Positions 16,365 to 20,000 of a stretch of DNA of 20,000 nucleotides are shown here, in pieces. The notes beneath the pieces are model-generated. The model worked only from the letters and a program-made list of their open reading frames with translations, had not been told where the DNA came from and made no database searches. This DNA is from an uncultured virus (IMG/VR IMGVR_UViG_3300030107_007281) (taxonomy: Duplodnaviria; Heunggongvirae; Uroviricota; Caudoviricetes). Position 1 is the first letter of the stretch. Each line of letters opens with the position of its first letter. Both the position numbers and the translations under genes were made by a program. The DNA lies in the IMG/VR virus record IMGVR_UViG_3300030107_007281; one strand, given 5' to 3'.

Positions 16365-17318
16365 TTATGCTTGTTGTTGATATGATGCGGAGGTCGGCTC
16401 TTCTACTGTATTTTGTAATTCATCTTCAAATTTATCAAAATATAATTTTAAATTTGTAATCAAATATTCTGTAAAAACTTCTTTGTCTTTAGGGTTTGCT
16501 AATGAATCATAAGCATCTAAAATATATTGCGAAACTTTCTTAAACGAGGTAAATGCCATGTTCCTTCCTGTCTCATCCATATCTTCTAATCCTGTTCCAA
16601 ATTCTTCCTCTGGGGATGGCTCATCATCGTCTTCAACTGGAATCTTTCGGTCTTCTTCATCTGCTGCTAATTCATCATCAGTGATGTCCACTTCAATATC
16701 TTGTTCTTCTAATGCAGTCAATTCAAAATCAACCTCTTCTTCATTTTCTTCAAGATTTCCAAGAGGCTCATCCAAAAGCGAAGAAGGAGCATCCGCACCA
16801 CCTTGAAGATATTTATCATTAACTTCCATTGGAGCAAGTGCATCGTCAACGGCTCTGATAATATGTGCTCTGAATGAGTCGCGTTGTTTTTTATCAGTAG
16901 TTAATCTTTTAAAGTCCATCCGAAGGGTAGGAATCGCTTTTTTCAAAACATCTTCAAGAGTATTAATACCCGTTGAGCGATGAGGGTGGACATCGGAGAT
17001 ATCACCTTCGGCAATAAGTTTTCTAATAACTTGTCGCAAAGCTTTCTCTTCCCGTAACATTTTGTTTTGCTCTTCGTTAAGCTTAAATTTTATCTTGTTA
17101 CGAATATATTCCCGTAACAATTTTTCTGTTACGATGTTTTCTCTTGTTATCATATCGTTTTGTTCCTCGTCTTTATTCATTGGAGCACCATAACCACCCG
17201 CCATCGAAGCACCTGATAGTTCATACAATTGTGCGAGAGTATTGATCTCAATAATTTCAACATCAACCTCTTCCATGGTTTGTTCTATTAATAAATTTAA
17301 AGATTGTAAGTTGTTCAT
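16365..17318 (-). CDS. Acidic hypothetical protein, possibly virion-associated
   Basis: 317 aa, ATGA-coupled; amphipathic LREYIRNKI and LRQVIRKLIAE repeats; long Asp/Glu-rich linker. Confidence 0.75.
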   Translation of the reverse strand: MNNLQSLNLLIEQTMEEVDVEIIEINTLAQLYELSGASMAGGYGAPMNKDEEQNDMITRENIVTEKLLREYIRNKIKFKLNEEQNKMLREEKALRQVIRKLIAEGDISDVHPHRSTGINTLEDVLKKAIPTLRMDFKRLTTDKKQRDSFRAHIIRAVDDALAPMEVNDKYLQGGADAPSSLLDEPLGNLEENEEEVDFELTALEEQDIEVDITDDELAADEEDRKIPVEDDDEPSPEEEFGTGLEDMDETGRNMAFTSFKKVSQYILDAYDSLANPKDKEVFTEYLITNLKLYFDKFEDELQNTVEEPTSASYQQQA

Positions 17319-18184
17319 GTGTCAATGTCTTGTTTTATTGTAACAGGGTGCATTTTTCCACTACCTTTTGGAAATTCAAATTCTTTTTTGCCTTTATCTC
17401 TAGCAGCATCAGCAGCTAAATTAAAAGAATTTTCTTCAAGCTCATCTTCTTCTAATGTGCGCTTCTTGGGTCTGGTTTTGTCATCAGCACTTTGTCTCGC
17501 CTTTGGTTTATCGTCAAGGAATCTTTTGTATTCTTTTTCGGATCCGGCGTCAGCCTTTCCACTACCACCAATTCCACCGGGCCCGGCTGTATAATACCAC
17601 GCCTCATACGATTCTTCTACAGGTTCTTCTTCACCTTCGTGAGTACCACAACGTGATTCATTCAATTTTGTGAGGTCCATTTTAAAGCCCCACTTCTTAC
17701 TGAGATTCTCAGATAATTCTTTGTTTTTCCAATCTTTTAAAGACATAGTATTAGTTCTCCCTTCGTTATAAATAGTTGGATATTTTTCTTTTAAACTGTC
17801 TTCCCAATCTCTAAAAAGCATTGGGTCGTTTGCTTGTAATTCCATTTTTCTCAAATGTGGATTCTTCTGAGCATAACCTTTCCCAGAATATCCAGCATTA
17901 TCAAAGTCTCCGTTCTCATTTTGATTATGATGAACGAGTTCATGAGCGATTGATCTCAAAATATCTTTTGGATGACGACCAGTTGTATAAACATGAATCT
18001 CCATAGACTCAGGATCATAATATCCTGTCATCGCTAGTGTTTTTTCGGCATTTTGATCGTCGTTATCCAAATAAATGGTCGGAGGTTTCTTAAAACCAAA
18101 CCTTTCCTTTGTGAAATCTACCAAACTATGGATTTCATCGTCTATTTTCATACCAGAATTATTAATTATATTACAGTTGTTCAT
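17315..18184 (-). CDS. HExxH zincin-like domain plus acidic low-complexity C-terminal region
   Basis: TGYYDP...I.VY..GRHPKDILRSIAHELVHH.Q (HELVH at 17930-17944)...E..A. Confidence 0.75.
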   Translation of the reverse strand: MNNCNIINNSGMKIDDEIHSLVDFTKERFGFKKPPTIYLDNDDQNAEKTLAMTGYYDPESMEIHVYTTGRHPKDILRSIAHELVHHNQNENGDFDNAGYSGKGYAQKNPHLRKMELQANDPMLFRDWEDSLKEKYPTIYNEGRTNTMSLKDWKNKELSENLSKKWGFKMDLTKLNESRCGTHEGEEEPVEESYEAWYYTAGPGGIGGSGKADAGSEKEYKRFLDDKPKARQSADDKTRPKKRTLEEDELEENSFNLAADAARDKGKKEFEFPKGSGKMHPVTIKQDIDT

Positions 18185-18188
18185 ATTA

Positions 18189-18440
18189 CTAATTAGTTTC
18201 CATTTTTCGTATCTGTAAAATACTCATTTCTATTATTTTTGAAGAGTCAAAAGGCAGTATTTGGGCAAAAACCACCTCTCTTTCACCCAATTCTTTATGT
18301 ATAATGTTGGTCAAAACACCGCATTTTTGGGACCTATTGACCGAATCCTTGTTATTTACAAGCCATTCTGTCCAACAAACAAGGTCTCCAACGTTAAAAT
18401 TCTGAGCAAAAGTGCTTCCAAATGAGGTAAAATCAGTCAA
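18189..18440 (-). CDS. Hypothetical protein, small KOW/SH3-like barrel
   Basis: 83 aa, TTG start overlapping the upstream stop; FNVGDLV...GVLTNI pattern. Confidence 0.55.
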   Translation of the reverse strand: MTDFTSFGSTFAQNFNVGDLVCWTEWLVNNKDSVNRSQKCGVLTNIIHKELGEREVVFAQILPFDSSKIIEMSILQIRKMETN

Positions 18441-18603
18441 TTTTTTCCATCCAAGCGCAAATTCCCACTTTTAACTGGGTTAAAACCATATTTAAAGCAT
18501 CTTTTTGTGTATATGGGCCTAAAGTTTGATGAGAAAGGGAATTATTGCCTCCCAAACACACTCTAACATAATATTTTCTGTATTTTGTTGTAAAATAAGA
18601 CAT
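18433..18603 (-). CDS. Small hypothetical protein
   Basis: Fills the gap in operon orientation; ATG at 18603 (MSYFTT) avoids the overlap implied by the 18651 start. Confidence 0.5.
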   Translation of the reverse strand: MSYFTTKYRKYYVRVCLGGNNSLSHQTLGPYTQKDALNMVLTQLKVGICAWMEKID

Positions 18604-18610
18604 TTTTCGG

Positions 18611-18943
18611 CTAATTGAAGCCAAAAAACTCGATTTCTTCTGGTTCAACACAAATAACTATACCACCTGAGAAAAAATGAGGCATATAAAGGTAACATCT
18701 TCCCTTATCATCCTTTTTCCATGAGACATAGTAGTATTCTCCCGCTCTTGGGACAAGAATATGTCCTTTTTTTGATGGAGACCAATAAAAACCATGCCCA
18801 GTTCCTTTGATTTTGACTTGTAAGAGAGGATGACCTCCTTTATCTTTTAATAATTCCGCTGCTTTGGCTGCCATCTCTTGATAAATGTCTTCTTTATCTA
18901 ACTTATCTAACCCTAGCTCTGAAAACATTGGAAGTATATTCAT
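18611..18943 (-). CDS. Hypothetical protein
   Basis: 110 aa, starts 3 nt after the upstream stop with AAGGA upstream. Confidence 0.65.
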   Translation of the reverse strand: MNILPMFSELGLDKLDKEDIYQEMAAKAAELLKDKGGHPLLQVKIKGTGHGFYWSPSKKGHILVPRAGEYYYVSWKKDDKGRCYLYMPHFFSGGIVICVEPEEIEFFGFN

Positions 18944-18946
18944 TTT

Positions 18947-20000
18947 TTAGTCCTTTTTCTTTTCTTCTAATGCTCCATACCCAGCGGGAGCACTTTTTGA
19001 TCTTTTATAACTCGGTTTTTTTGTTCCCGGTGTCGGCTTTCCTTTTCCGAGACCAATTAATTTAAATTTCATGCTTTTATGTCCCTTTTTTACATCATTT
19101 TGGAAATCTTCGGCCACAATTTTCTCTTCTTCGGGTTCAATTTCTACCCTTTCTTCTTTTTTTACCAATTCTTTGTTAATAATATCGTATCCATCGACCA
19201 CTCCGATGTTTTCATAGTCGAATCCGTCGAGTAAAGCGATCTTTTGTTCGCCAAATTCACCACCTTGATAGAAATATGTGCTCGCTTGGCCTACAATTTC
19301 AGTAAAAAGTGCTGGCCATGCTGCTGGGGGCATCGTTTTGAGGTGTGTGTTGTATGATTGTATCTCACCTTTGAGTGAAAAATCGGTCCCACGGGACCCG
19401 ATTGCTTGAATATGAGACATAAAATCATGAACTGCTCTAAATTTAGCATTAGTTTGAGGGTCAAATGCATCATGTTCAGCATCAATAGTGGCAATTTTCA
19501 TCACTCCGTTATTAAAAACATCGTCTCTGAGTTCTTTTACATTATTATAAGCATGATAATCAACAAAATGAACATCAATTTTGCTCTCAATTCGCTTAAA
19601 CATTTTATTTACAAAGGGAATCATAGCCTCAAAGTGCGGAACTGCTCTTGCTTCGAACTTCGGAGCGGCCAAATATGCCTCCGCAACCAGTTGAGAGTAT
19701 AAGTCCCAACCATTTGGTCCCGGTTTAAGCATCATTTTCTCATTTATTTGCTCTTCATCGAGCATATTAACGGTCATATCCCTTGGAAGATCGGCAATTC
19801 CCATCATAGCATCGTATGATTTGGTCGCATAGTGGTGTAATTTCTCAATTTGATTCGCATTTCTCAATAGTTTGAAGGCAATGTTCTCCACAGAGAAGAT
19901 TCCGTCCCTTTCAAGCCCTGTGGTTCGAAGTTTTTTGATCTTTTCTTTCAGTCTATCAGCCATTTCGACAGCTTCTTGGTATCTTTTGGCATTTGATAAC
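18947..20000 (-). CDS. C-terminal part of a multidomain protein (5' end outside the window): tail of a putative nucleotidyltransferase-like domain, an HDxxxH domain and a basic tail
   Basis: Frame is open upstream of 19963 to the window edge (...LSNAKRYQEAVE-MADRL). KIKKLR..GL...G.FSVENIAFKLLR recalls the helical C-lobe of phage nucleotidyltransferase-like proteins; NAKFRAVHDFMSH...GE...H...TEIVGQ...EQK forms a second domain. Confidence 0.65.
   Translation of the reverse strand, partial: LSNAKRYQEAVEMADRLKEKIKKLRTTGLERDGIFSVENIAFKLLRNANQIEKLHHYATKSYDAMMGIADLPRDMTVNMLDEEQINEKMMLKPGPNGWDLYSQLVAEAYLAAPKFEARAVPHFEAMIPFVNKMFKRIESKIDVHFVDYHAYNNVKELRDDVFNNGVMKIATIDAEHDAFDPQTNAKFRAVHDFMSHIQAIGSRGTDFSLKGEIQSYNTHLKTMPPAAWPALFTEIVGQASTYFYQGGEFGEQKIALLDGFDYENIGVVDGYDIINKELVKKEERVEIEPEEEKIVAEDFQNDVKKGHKSMKFKLIGLGKGKPTPGTKKPSYKRSKSAPAGYGALEEKKKD

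Noticed and set aside
16367..16459. 30-codon hydrophobic + strand ORF (MLVVDMMRRSALLLYFVIHLQIYQNIILNL) right after the antisense promoter
   Set aside because: The ATG is only 4 nt past the -10 hexamer, probably upstream of the TSS, with no SD. It is fully antisense to a real gene and is likely chance.
17151..17168. Possible internal start (GAGGA...ATG at 17153, MITRE) in the 317 aa acidic ORF
   Set aside because: The SD-like sequence is explained by Glu codons, spacing is long, and the annotated start is ATGA-coupled; support is insufficient.

Overview
AT-rich, densely coding window in which essentially every credible gene is on the minus strand. It has bacterial Shine-Dalgarno sites, perfect sigma70-type promoters, one tRNA, PIN-PhoH, a solo Cas4-like nuclease, an HNH nuclease and many ORFans, but no ribosomal or central housekeeping operon. 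This is most consistent with a fragment of a large (jumbo-type) bacteriophage genome; that is inferred, as no capsid, terminase or portal gene is present. In transcription order (20000 to 1): (i) acidic, Glu-rich multidomain proteins with zincin-like motifs, possibly virion cargo (16.0-20.0 kb); (ii) a unit with a eukaryote-type phosphomannomutase, an embedded tRNA-Thr(UGU), HNH and cytidylyltransferase, ending at an intrinsic terminator; (iii) PIN-PhoH and an exported protein; (iv) a HExxH protein and Cas4-like nuclease; (v) a >=8.7 kb translationally coupled glycan synthesis/tailoring operon (GT4, GT4, GT-B/GT2 fusion, 2OG-Fe(II) dioxygenase, methyltransferase, DUF6165-like, RmlC-like epimerase, DJ-1/PfpI, cupin, HAD phosphatase). 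Non-genic highlights are a consensus promoter in antisense orientation at 16335-16362, a ~95 nt long hairpin at 15558-15652, a candidate second promoter motif (A)CTA(T/A)TTA, and a probable nested in-frame start at 17746. All family calls are by motif recognition, not database search.
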